Source: an uncultured Flavobacteriales bacterium (GTDB lineage Bacteria > Bacteroidota > Bacteroidia > Flavobacteriales > UBA1820). From it: DNA of 64,000 nt. Of this stretch, positions 21,707-30,563 are shown piece by piece. The first letter of the stretch is position 1. Every line of letters begins with the position of its first letter. The DNA is taken from contig CABQBC010000005.1 in NCBI GenBank assembly GCA_902462305.1, positions 9,642 to 73,641 of the forward strand, read 5' to 3'. The position numbers were made by a program, and so were the translations under genes. Under the pieces are notes generated by a model that searched no databases, was not told the DNA's origin, and worked only from the letters and a program-made list of their open reading frames with translations.

Positions 21707-23590
21707 TTAACCTTTTATGCTTTTGTTTACGTTTTCTATGGCTTTAGCAGCAGCCTTGTAATCATTTTCGGCTTTGGCCGGATCGACGCCGGCGTAACGT
21801 GCCATATTGCTGCTTTCCAGTGCGTTTATAAGTCCGTCGGCGGTTTCGTCCTGAGCCCCCAGGGAAAGTAGCTTTTCACGGATGCGTTCTATCGATGCGT
21901 CGGCGCGGTTTATTTTCAGTTTGTCGAGAATGAAACTGTACAGAGCCGTTTCCATTTCTCGGTAGAATGACTGGTAGTCTCCTTTGTCCAACGCTTTTTT
22001 CGCCCTGCCGAGTCTTTTGCGGGCTATTGCGGCGGCGCGTTTTGCTTTGGCCAGAGGCGAATTGCGGTCAGCCGAAGAAATGTATATTCGCCTTGCGAGT
22101 ACTGCCGGAGTGAGAATTATAGGCAGTATAAGCAGGAAGGCGAACCATCCCTTTTCATAGAATGCTTTTTTGCCGGATGGTTCGAGTTTGCTCGTCAGCC
22201 TGATGAATCCTATGTCGTTGCTCAGGTAATTCACATCGGTTTTTTCGGTGACGGCCGTTGGTGCTGAAGGCTGCCCCGGAGTTTGTATGGCACCTTCGCC
22301 GGTGGCTTTGAGTGTCATCTCCGCCGATGAAAGCGTGACGTATTTGCCTGTTCCGGGATCAAAATACGAAAATTCTATCTTCGGGATAGCATACGTGCCT
22401 TTCACTCGCGGTATCAGTATGAACTGTTCGCTTTGATAACCCTTCAGGGTGGTTGGCGTAAGCGAGGATGACGACTGTACATTCGGGTCGTACCTCTCGA
22501 TTTCGGAAGGCATTTCAGGCTCCGGCAGTTTTATCTGCGATATATTGCCAGTACCTTTTATATCTATGGACAGTGTGGATGATTCGCCTGTGTTTACTTC
22601 CGGTTTCGACAACGAAGCATTCATCGTAAATTGTCCTACGGCGCCGCTGAAATCCGCCGGACGGCCTTGCCGTGGAAGAGGACGTACCGTTATCGTTTCG
22701 GCCGGACTTGAAACCGTAAGTTGTGTGGTACGGGTGATTTCATCGCCCCAATAGTCGTATTGTCCCGTGCCTACTTCTGCCAACATGTTTATAGACAGAG
22801 GGTTTATGGTGAATTTGCCTTCTTTCTGCGGTATGAGCAGAACTTTATAATACGTAACTACGTTGTAAAGTTCGTCCTTGTAATACTCACGGTTGTCGGA
22901 TGTGTTTTCAGGCATATCGTTTTCTGTATATACCTGTGTCCAGAAAGAATTGAATTTCGGCATTTGCGAAACCATCGCTTTACCGATGTTCATCCGGAAA
23001 TAAATCTTGTATGCTATGGTTATGGGTTCGCCTATGTACGGATTGCGGTTTGAAACTTCCGATACGAGGTGTATGTTTTCCTTTGCCGCCGCCATAGGGT
23101 TAGATTGTGCCAACGATGCTCCGCCCTGTCCTTCTATCGCTTTGCCTACTTCGATGGCGATCTTCTGGCTTTGGTATTTGCGGCCTTTCGATTTTATCAT
23201 GGCCGGTTCTATGTATAGCGTACCTTCTTTTGTGGGTTGTACCAGGTAGGAAATGGTTGTCTTCTGCTCCATTTTGCCTTTGCCGTTCACGTAGTTTCCT
23301 ACCATGCTGCGCATAGTGTTGGGGCCGGAGAGAAGAATGAAATTCTCAAAGGCCGGACCTGCAAATTCTTCGATAGTTTCCGACGTGGAAATTTCGACGG
23401 TCAGGTTTTCGTTGACTGCCATTTTCTTTTTTGAAACGTTCACTTTTATTATATCGTCGGCCTGCTGTGCCGTGACTGACAACGGGCAAAAGGCTGCCGA
23501 TATCCATAAGAGAAGCGCGACGGTCGCCACCGGTAAATACCGTGGCTGCGCTATAAAAGTACTCCTACGTATGTTTTTCCTTTTTTCCAT
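21707..23590 (-). CDS. batD: BatD-like membrane protein
   Basis: About 627 aa with a signal peptide, a large beta-rich ectodomain, a TM helix (WFAFLLILPIILTPAVLA) and a helical tail. In the position between batC and batE. ATG at 23590 preferred over the TTG at 23647. Confidence 0.7.
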   Translation of the reverse strand: MEKRKNIRRSTFIAQPRYLPVATVALLLWISAAFCPLSVTAQQADDIIKVNVSKKKMAVNENLTVEISTSETIEEFAGPAFENFILLSGPNTMRSMVGNYVNGKGKMEQKTTISYLVQPTKEGTLYIEPAMIKSKGRKYQSQKIAIEVGKAIEGQGGASLAQSNPMAAAKENIHLVSEVSNRNPYIGEPITIAYKIYFRMNIGKAMVSQMPKFNSFWTQVYTENDMPENTSDNREYYKDELYNVVTYYKVLLIPQKEGKFTINPLSINMLAEVGTGQYDYWGDEITRTTQLTVSSPAETITVRPLPRQGRPADFSGAVGQFTMNASLSKPEVNTGESSTLSIDIKGTGNISQIKLPEPEMPSEIERYDPNVQSSSSLTPTTLKGYQSEQFILIPRVKGTYAIPKIEFSYFDPGTGKYVTLSSAEMTLKATGEGAIQTPGQPSAPTAVTEKTDVNYLSNDIGFIRLTSKLEPSGKKAFYEKGWFAFLLILPIILTPAVLARRIYISSADRNSPLAKAKRAAAIARKRLGRAKKALDKGDYQSFYREMETALYSFILDKLKINRADASIERIREKLLSLGAQDETADGLINALESSNMARYAGVDPAKAENDYKAAAKAIENVNKSIKG

Positions 23591-23640
23591 AATATTCAAA
23601 AGCGAAATGTTTTTTTCTTGAAAACAGTCAAATAACAAAT

Positions 23641-24483
23641 TTACCAATCTTTGACGGCTTTTTTCACTGCACCCTGGACTTTTTTACCTTTTACTTTGTC
23701 CTGTGTTTTCTGCTCTTCACGGCCTATGGCGCGGAGCATCTGCTGGGCGTCGGGCGATAATTGCTGTTGTTGCGGAGTATTGCCTCCGGAAGGTCCGTTC
23801 TGATTGTTTTTGTCGTCCTTATTGCCCCCGTTGTTGTTATTGTCTTTATCCTTGTCTTTATTGTCGTTATTATCGTTGTTATTTTGATTGTTATCTTTGT
23901 TCTTATCGTCCTGATTGTCCTGATTGTCTTTGTTATCCTTATTATCGTTCTTGTTGTCCTGGTTATTTTGATCCTGCTGGTTTTGCTGGTTGTTCTGGTT
24001 GTTTTGGTTTTGTTGCTGATCTTTGAGTAGTTTTTGGGCCAGCGCCAGATTGTAGCGCGCCTGTTCGTCGGTCGGATCTCGGCGAAGGGCATCCTTATAC
24101 AGTTTTATCGCTTCCCCGTAGTTTTTGCCGTCCATTTCGATACCGGCCAGGTTGTAAAATATGTCCGTTTTTTCCTTTTCGTCGGCCGTGTTGAGAAGTG
24201 ATTTCATCCAGGCGGCTTTGGCAGTGCCGGGGTTGCCTCCCAGATATGACGAGTTGCCCAGATTGTACAAGGCTGTGGAATATGTCGAATCCAGTGTTGC
24301 GGCTGCGGCAAAAAGAGAGTCTGAGGCGGCATATTCGGCCATTTTGTACAGTTTGTTGCCTTCGCGGACGAGGTCTTTTTTAGCTATGTCCGTATTCTGC
24401 GCATGCGCCTGCGGGAAAATGCAGACGGTAATTGCAAGAATCAAAAAATATGTAAGCGGTGCTTTTTTCATCTTCTTCTCCAT
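23641..24483 (-). CDS. batC: BatC-like TPR protein with an ~85-aa N/Q/D/K low-complexity segment
   Basis: Signal peptide, TPR repeats (YNLGNSSY, FYNLAGIEM, RYNLALAQ), then QQQNQNNQNNQQNQQDQNNQDNKNDNKDNKDNQDNQDDKNKDNNQNNNDNNDNKDKDKDNNNNGGNKDDKNNQNG. Confidence 0.75.
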   Translation of the reverse strand: MEKKMKKAPLTYFLILAITVCIFPQAHAQNTDIAKKDLVREGNKLYKMAEYAASDSLFAAAATLDSTYSTALYNLGNSSYLGGNPGTAKAAWMKSLLNTADEKEKTDIFYNLAGIEMDGKNYGEAIKLYKDALRRDPTDEQARYNLALAQKLLKDQQQNQNNQNNQQNQQDQNNQDNKNDNKDNKDNQDNQDDKNKDNNQNNNDNNDNKDKDKDNNNNGGNKDDKNNQNGPSGGNTPQQQQLSPDAQQMLRAIGREEQKTQDKVKGKKVQGAVKKAVKDW

Positions 24484-24490
24484 AGGTTTG

Positions 24491-25549
24491 TCAGTCTTCG
24501 TCCTGGGGTTTTTCCTCCCCGAAAAGGTTGTAACGGCTAAGCATCCTGCTGCGGCGGAAGCTTATCAAGGTATCCAGTACCAGGAACAGCAATGCGGCTC
24601 CGGCGAACCACTGGTAGCGGTCCTTGTATTCGATAACCTCGGCTTCGCCGTATTCGTTCTTTGCGTTTTTGCCCAGAACGTCTTTTATCTTGTTTACCAC
24701 GGTCGCTGTCGAAGTGCCGTCAATGTAATCTCCGGATGCGGCGGAAGCTATGTTTTTCAGGGTCTGCGAATCGGCTTTTGTCACTACCACATTGCCTTCG
24801 ATGTCTTTCTTGTAAGAAGTGACTATGCCGTTTTGTTTTATGGGTATCGGACCGCCCTTTGCCGTTCCTACGCCAACGGTATATATCTTCACGCCTCTGG
24901 CGTTTGCCGCCTGTGCCGTAGATACGGCATCGGTATCCTCGCCGTGGTCTTCACCGTCGGAGATGATGACCAGCAGTTTGTTTTTTACCGAAGGGTCGTC
25001 GAAATAACGTCCGGAAAGGCTTATCGCCTGTCCGATTGATGTTCCCTGCGAGGATACCATTGACGGATCGGCTGTGGAAAGGAACATCTTGGCGGCGGAA
25101 TAGTCGCTCGTTATCGGCAGGAGCGGATAGGCGCTTCCGGCATATACGATGATGCCTACACGGTCGCCTCCCAGTGCGTCTATAGTGCGGGATATTATCT
25201 GTTTGGCTTTGTCCAGACGGTTTGGAACCACGTCTTCGGCTTTCATGGACAGCGAAACGTCGAGTGCGAACACCACATCCGAGCCCTGCACTTTTATCTT
25301 TTCCATCTTGGTGCCTATGCGTGGATTGACCAACGCCAGGGATAGCATCGCTATGGCCAGGGAATAAAACACGTATTTCCATACCAGTGCGGCCGTACTT
25401 TTGTACGGCGCCAGTATCATCATAAGGCGCGGCGATGCGAATGCTTGCCGTTTATTCTTCCGGTAGTGCATCACGTAGGCAAAAAGCCCCCACAAGAGCG
25501 GTATTAACAGCAAAAGCTGAAAGTATGCGGGTCTGTCCAGTTCGTACAT
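24491..25549 (-). CDS. batB: BatB-like von Willebrand factor A (VWA) domain membrane protein
   Basis: N-terminal TM helices, a VWA MIDAS-like motif DVSLSM, and a C-terminal TM helix. Paralogous to the upstream batA. Confidence 0.8.
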   Translation of the reverse strand: MYELDRPAYFQLLLLIPLLWGLFAYVMHYRKNKRQAFASPRLMMILAPYKSTAALVWKYVFYSLAIAMLSLALVNPRIGTKMEKIKVQGSDVVFALDVSLSMKAEDVVPNRLDKAKQIISRTIDALGGDRVGIIVYAGSAYPLLPITSDYSAAKMFLSTADPSMVSSQGTSIGQAISLSGRYFDDPSVKNKLLVIISDGEDHGEDTDAVSTAQAANARGVKIYTVGVGTAKGGPIPIKQNGIVTSYKKDIEGNVVVTKADSQTLKNIASAASGDYIDGTSTATVVNKIKDVLGKNAKNEYGEAEVIEYKDRYQWFAGAALLFLVLDTLISFRRSRMLSRYNLFGEEKPQDED

Positions 25550-25573
25550 TTTTTCCTTCCGTTACTTTGAAAA

Positions 25574-26581
25574 TTATAAAAACCCTTTATATACCGTCGA
25601 ACGCAAAAGTGTTTCCAACGCAAAAAGTATGAGTGCCGCCAGAAGCCAGGGCCGGAACATTTCGGCGTAATTGTAGTACTTGATGTCTTCGACCTTGCTT
25701 TTTTCCAGTGAATCTATCTCCTTGTATATTGCGCTTAGTTTGTCTTCGTCCGTGGCGCGGAAATATTTCCCTCCGGTCTCCGTAGCGATGTCTTTCATGA
25801 GGCGTTCGTCTATCTCCACAGGCATTTTCTGGTACACGATACGCCCGGTGCGCGGATCCTTGCCGATGGGGTAGTCAGCAAGCCCGTTTGTGCCGATGCC
25901 TATCGTGTAAACTTTTATGCCCAGTTTCTTTGCTACCGAGGCCACTGTACGCGGGTCCACGAAGCCGTCGTTGTTGACTCCGTCGGTGAGCAGTATTATG
26001 ACTTTGCTTTTGGCCTCGGAATCCTTTAACCGGTTTATAGCCGTGCCCAGTCCCATGCCAATGGCCGTCGTTTCGCCTATCAGGCCTTGTTCCAGGTCGT
26101 TTATCGCCTGGACTATTATTCGCTTGTCGGTGGTCAGAGGCGTCTGGGTAAATGCTTCGGTGGCATAAGTTACAAGGGCTATGCGGTCGCCGGCGCGCCC
26201 TTCGACAAATTGCGCCGCCACTTTCTTGAGCGCTTCCAACCGGTTAGGTTTGAGGTCGGCCGCCATCATCGAGCCGGATAGGTCTATCGCCATTGCGATA
26301 TCCACACCAAGTCCCGAACGCGTTTTCGTGCTTACCTCCACATCGCGCGGGCGTGTCATGGCAATTATTATACACGATATGGCGGCTAGGCGAAGCACCC
26401 ACAACACAACGCGCGAATGCGATATGATGTCGGGCGCGAGCACGAAACCTCGTATGCTCGATATTTTAAGGTACGGATACAGCCTGTTGCCCATCCACCA
26501 CAAGTATCCGGCCAGAAGCGGAACGAGCAGCAGAAGCCAGAAAAAGCCTTTGTTAACTATTTCGAAATTATTCTCCGTCAT
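25574..26581 (-). CDS. batA: BatA-like VWA domain membrane protein
   Basis: TM helices plus a VWA domain with DLSGSM (the DxSxS MIDAS motif) and LLTDG.NN. Confidence 0.8.
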   Translation of the reverse strand: MTENNFEIVNKGFFWLLLLVPLLAGYLWWMGNRLYPYLKISSIRGFVLAPDIISHSRVVLWVLRLAAISCIIIAMTRPRDVEVSTKTRSGLGVDIAMAIDLSGSMMAADLKPNRLEALKKVAAQFVEGRAGDRIALVTYATEAFTQTPLTTDKRIIVQAINDLEQGLIGETTAIGMGLGTAINRLKDSEAKSKVIILLTDGVNNDGFVDPRTVASVAKKLGIKVYTIGIGTNGLADYPIGKDPRTGRIVYQKMPVEIDERLMKDIATETGGKYFRATDEDKLSAIYKEIDSLEKSKVEDIKYYNYAEMFRPWLLAALILFALETLLRSTVYKGFL

Positions 26582-27590
26582 CGTTTTTGCCTTTTTGTTT
26601 TGCCTGTTTGCCTCCGGGTTCTTCGTCCGTTTTTTCTTCTTCCTCTTCGGGGCGCAAGGTGTCTATTATGTTCTCGGTGTACAGGCGGTATCGCTCGTTA
26701 TCGGCATCTGAGGGGTACATCTTGGCGAATTTGACAAGGTCGGCATCCATCAGAAGGTCCCGCAGTTTGGAGTATTCTTCTTTTGAAAGCTTCAATTTGC
26801 GCACATCCTTTAGTATCTCGTCGGACGTGCTTTCCGGGGCTGGCAATCCGTATTGTTCGTCAAGGTACAGCCTTATTACATCCGTAAGGGCCACGTAAAA
26901 GTCTTTTATGCGTCCTTTCTGCACCAGATGTTCCTCGTCGAGCCTGTTCAGGCGGAACTTGGCCCTCTCGTAAGGGCTGAGGAGCATTTCAGGCGGTATT
27001 TTTGCCTCTTTGCGCCGACGGGCAAGACGTACCGTTTCCCATATCAGCAATGCCAGTACTGCCAGAACTATCAGCACCCAGTAGTATTTTTTCCATATCT
27101 CCCCGGCCGTGTACGGTTCGGGGCGGATGTCCTTGATGCTGTACCTGGCCTGTTTGAGTGTATCGACCTCGACCGTAGCCACATCAACCGTAAAAGGATC
27201 CGTGGCGAGTATCTGATCGCCTGCCTTTATCTCTACGGCAGGGACGCGGTATTTGCCCTTGTCGAAAGACGTAAGGCTGTAAGTGACCTTGTAAACGGCA
27301 TCGTCCTTTTTATATGAGGTATCTATGTCCGACATTCCGACCACTTCCATGCTGTCGCTGGCGAACTGCATGTCCGGAAACGACACTTCATCGTTTTTTT
27401 TGGCCCGCACTTCGATGTTCAGTTTTATCTGTTCGCCGATGCGGATTTTGGTCGTGTCGGTACTCCATTTAATGGCTGGCATGTCCTGTGCGTGCCCGCA
27501 AAACGGGAATGCCGCGGCCATCAGTACGAACAGGATGCCCGTTCCGATTTTCTTACCTCTGTTTGAAATATCCAAGTAATTTCTTAGCAT
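26568..27590 (-). CDS. Membrane-anchored hypothetical protein of the Bat operon
   Basis: 340 aa: signal peptide, beta-rich domain, one TM helix (YYWVLIVLAVLALLIW), helical tail and an acidic C-terminus. It overlaps batA by 14 nt and the DUF58 gene by 38 nt, which suggests translational coupling. Confidence 0.6.
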   Translation of the reverse strand: MLRNYLDISNRGKKIGTGILFVLMAAAFPFCGHAQDMPAIKWSTDTTKIRIGEQIKLNIEVRAKKNDEVSFPDMQFASDSMEVVGMSDIDTSYKKDDAVYKVTYSLTSFDKGKYRVPAVEIKAGDQILATDPFTVDVATVEVDTLKQARYSIKDIRPEPYTAGEIWKKYYWVLIVLAVLALLIWETVRLARRRKEAKIPPEMLLSPYERAKFRLNRLDEEHLVQKGRIKDFYVALTDVIRLYLDEQYGLPAPESTSDEILKDVRKLKLSKEEYSKLRDLLMDADLVKFAKMYPSDADNERYRLYTENIIDTLRPEEEEEKTDEEPGGKQAKQKGKNDDGE

Positions 27591-28416
27591 AATCGTCTTT
27601 TGTGCTTGTGCTTATCGTTCCCGCTCCGCTATGTCGGAATGCATCCTCGAAATACGCAACGCGCCGGCCATACTGATCGCGGTAAGACTTTTTCACGGCT
27701 TTGGCCGATGTGTTTGTCCATTGGTAGCGTCCCGTTTCGTCGTGGCGCATCAATACAAGGCCCAAATCCGGAATATCCTGTTCCGCCGGGTCGAAAATGC
27801 GTATTCCGGTGATGTCGTGTTTTCTGGCCACTACCTTCAGGGCTTCCGAATAATCGGCGTCTATGAAGTCCGAAAGCAGGAATACGATGGCTTTTTTCCT
27901 GAGTATTCCGAACATGTATTCCAATGCGGCTCCTATGTTCGTCCGATGGCTCTTTGGTTGAAACTCTATCAACTCGCGTATTATCCTCAGAACGTGCATG
28001 CGCCCTTTTGCCGGAGGAATGAAAAGTTCCACTTGGTCAGAAAAGAGCATAAGCCCTATTTTGTCGTTGTTCCCCATGGCCGAAAAGGCGAGTGTGGCGC
28101 TTATCTCGGTAATGATGTCGCGCTTTGTCACATCGCCGGTGCCGAAATATTCGGAACCGGAGATATCGACGGCGAGCATCATTGTCAGCTCCCGCTCCTC
28201 CTCGAATACTTTGACGTGCGGCTGGCTGGTCTTTGCCGTTACGTTCCAGTCGATATTGCGCACGTCGTCGCCGAACTGGTATGCGCGCACCTCGCTGAAA
28301 GTCATGCCGCGCCCTTTGAACGAGCTGTGGTACTCGCCCGAAAAGACGTGGTCTGACAACCGTCTGGTCTTGATTTCTATCTTGCGGACTTTCTTAAGTA
28401 CTTCCTTTACGTCCAT
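27553..28416 (-). CDS. DUF58 domain protein (VWA-like partner of MoxR ATPases)
   Basis: G.Y.S.FKGRGM.F.EVR.Y..GDD.R.IDW..TA is the hallmark DUF58 motif. It lies immediately downstream of the MoxR ATPase. Confidence 0.85.
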   Translation of the reverse strand: MDVKEVLKKVRKIEIKTRRLSDHVFSGEYHSSFKGRGMTFSEVRAYQFGDDVRNIDWNVTAKTSQPHVKVFEEERELTMMLAVDISGSEYFGTGDVTKRDIITEISATLAFSAMGNNDKIGLMLFSDQVELFIPPAKGRMHVLRIIRELIEFQPKSHRTNIGAALEYMFGILRKKAIVFLLSDFIDADYSEALKVVARKHDITGIRIFDPAEQDIPDLGLVLMRHDETGRYQWTNTSAKAVKKSYRDQYGRRVAYFEDAFRHSGAGTISTSTKDDYAKKLLGYFKQR

Positions 28417-28475
28417 TTCTCTTTAAGATCCGTTCCGTCCGCTTAAATGCGGTTTATTTATTAAATTCTGCGGGG

Positions 28476-29483
28476 TCAGGGTACCTGCACTTCGTTTATA
28501 ACCGTGCTTATGATTTCTTCGGGGCGCACGTTTTCCGCCTCGGCTTCGTATGTCACGCCTATCCTGTGGCGTAGTACGTCGGGGGCTATGGCGCGTACGT
28601 CTTCCGGTATGACATATCCGCGTCCGCGTAGGAAAGCATATACTTTCGATGCGGTAACCAGATTTATACTGCCTCGCGGCGATGCTCCGTATGCGATAAG
28701 GGGTTTGAGCTTGTCCAGTTTGTATTCTTCAGGGTAACGGGTGGCGAATACGATATCGAGGATGTATTTTTCGATTTTCTCGTCCATGTACACTTCCTTG
28801 GCGGCTTCGCGTCCTCTGCGGATGTCGTCGAGCGATACCACCGGGCGTATTTTGGCCATGCCTTCGGAGCTGGTGTTGCGGCGCATTATCCTCTGTTCGT
28901 CATCCTTGGTAGGGTAACCGACTACTGTTTTCAGCATGAAGCGGTCCATCTGCGCTTCGGGTAGGGGATATGTTCCTTCCTGTTCTATCGGGTTTTGCGT
29001 TGCCATGACCAAAAACGGATCGTCCAGACGGAAAGTCTCCTCGCCGATTGTCACCTGGCGTTCCTGCATGGCTTCCAGAAGTGCGGACTGTACCTTTGCC
29101 GGGGCGCGGTTTATTTCGTCCGCAAGTACGAAATTTGCAAAGACCGGACCTTTTTTGATGGAAAAATCGCCGTCTTTCACGTTATATATCATCGTACCTA
29201 TCACGTCTGCCGGGAGCAGGTCGGGGGTGAACTGTATGCGGGAAAATCCACCGTCGACAGCTTTTGCCAGCGAGTTTATGGCCAGCGTTTTGGCCAGTCC
29301 CGGCACGCCTTCCAAGAGTATGTGTCCCCCGCCAAGAAGCCCTATCATAAGGCGTTCCACCATTTGGCTCTGGCCTACTATGACGTTGTTTATCTCGCCT
29401 GTTAAAAGATTTACAAACGCGCTTTCCCTGGCTATCTTCTCGCCCAGCGCGCGGATGTCAACCTGTTTGTTTGGTTCTTCCAT
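28476..29483 (-). CDS. moxR: MoxR-family AAA+ ATPase
   Basis: Walker A LLEGVPGLAKT, Walker B LADEINRA, and the FLV(M)ATQNP motif typical of MoxR/RavA-type ATPases. Confidence 0.93.
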   Translation of the reverse strand: MEEPNKQVDIRALGEKIARESAFVNLLTGEINNVIVGQSQMVERLMIGLLGGGHILLEGVPGLAKTLAINSLAKAVDGGFSRIQFTPDLLPADVIGTMIYNVKDGDFSIKKGPVFANFVLADEINRAPAKVQSALLEAMQERQVTIGEETFRLDDPFLVMATQNPIEQEGTYPLPEAQMDRFMLKTVVGYPTKDDEQRIMRRNTSSEGMAKIRPVVSLDDIRRGREAAKEVYMDEKIEKYILDIVFATRYPEEYKLDKLKPLIAYGASPRGSINLVTASKVYAFLRGRGYVIPEDVRAIAPDVLRHRIGVTYEAEAENVRPEEIISTVINEVQVP

Positions 29484-29705
29484 TTGTCTTTATTTTTAGC
29501 TTGTTTTTCTCTTTTTGTATTACAAACACGAAAGTCGCAATTAAGGGGCTGTTTTGCTGTTAATGCGACGTTAAAAATGTCCGGTGTGAATTTCTGACTA
29601 TGATAAAGTTAGGCTAAAAAACATTACTGTCTGTAAAAAATCGCCGCTTCCGGTAAAAGATGTCCGGACAGAGTGTTTTTTTGTCGGGATTAATTTTAAG
29701 TTATC

Positions 29706-29713
29706 TACCTTTG
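29706..29713 (+). promoter_or_regulatory. Candidate -7 box TACCTTTG for mtnN
   Basis: Exact TAnnTTTG match 15 nt upstream of the ATG at 29729. This shows the ORF-track start at 29660 is over-extended. Confidence 0.6.
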
Positions 29714-29728
29714 CACTTTGTAAAAACG

Positions 29729-30493
29729 ATGATGAAAAATATGAAAACAGGTATCATAAGCGCTATGTATGAGGAGTTCGATATGCTGCTAAAGGCTGTC
29801 GAAGTGGAAAAAAAGACGTCTCTGGGACGCAGGGAATATATCGAGGGAAAGCTCTTCGGGCACGATGTCGTGCTGGTGTTCTCGCAGTGGGGCAAGACTG
29901 CCGCGGCATCGACCACTGCCAACCTTATCAACGTATTCGGTATAGACCGTCTGGTGTTTACCGGGGTCGCCGGAGGTCTGGATTCCAATGCCAGGATAGG
30001 CGATATAGTCGTAGCTAAGCGTCTGTACCACCACGATGTGGACGCTTCTCCGTTCAAACCGCGTTATTTCGTGCCGCTGGTAGGCCCTGACGGGGTAGAG
30101 GCGGATGCGGAAACGTCGGATGCTTTGGCTCTTGCGGCACAGGCTTTTGTAAAGGACATGGGCAAGTACATAAGCGTGGAAAATATGAATGAATTTTCTT
30201 TGTCCCACGTAAAGGTACACCGCAAAAACATAGCTACCGGCGACCAGTTCGTAAAGACTGATGCCGTGCGCGGGCGAATAATGGCCGATTTGCCAGATAT
30301 GTACGCCGTGGAAATGGAAGGGGCGGCGGTGGCCCAGGTATGTTGGGAGCACGGCCTGCCTTTTGCGGTCATGCGTACTATTTCGGATACGGCAAACGGC
30401 GACGCACCTGACGATTATCCAAAATTCCTTGCGCGTGTGGCCAGTATTTATTCATTCCATATCGTAAGGGAATTCCTTGCTATGGGCAAATAG
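29729..30493 (+). CDS. mtnN: 5'-methylthioadenosine/S-adenosylhomocysteine nucleosidase
   Basis: GIISAMYEE, FTGVAGG, EMEG(A)AVAQVC and RTISD are typical of MTAN/Pfs. The true start may be 29729, 29732 or 29741. Confidence 0.9.
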   Translation: MMKNMKTGIISAMYEEFDMLLKAVEVEKKTSLGRREYIEGKLFGHDVVLVFSQWGKTAAASTTANLINVFGIDRLVFTGVAGGLDSNARIGDIVVAKRLYHHDVDASPFKPRYFVPLVGPDGVEADAETSDALALAAQAFVKDMGKYISVENMNEFSLSHVKVHRKNIATGDQFVKTDAVRGRIMADLPDMYAVEMEGAAVAQVCWEHGLPFAVMRTISDTANGDAPDDYPKFLARVASIYSFHIVREFLAMGK

Positions 30494-30512
30494 ACAAGTG
30501 ATTTACATACGC

Positions 30513-30547
30513 AAAAAATGCGGGGCGCTTTGCGCCCCGCATTTTTT
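30513..30547. terminator. Bidirectional rho-independent terminator between mtnN and the convergent glycosidase gene
   Basis: AAAAAATGCGGGGCGC-TTT-GCGCCCCGCATTTTTT, a perfect 16-bp stem. Confidence 0.85.
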
Positions 30548-30563
30548 GCTCAGACTTGTTTCG

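Noticed and set aside
23761-24030. An 89-aa plus-strand ORF of near-pure V/I/L repeats, plus the Cys/Tyr/Arg-rich ORF at 23703-24026 and the minus-strand ORF at 23724-24092, considered as a hydrophobic or repeat peptide gene.
   Set aside because: These are alternative-frame and antisense readings of the N/Q/D/K low-complexity DNA inside batC. The batC frame is continuous with genuine TPR repeats on both sides.
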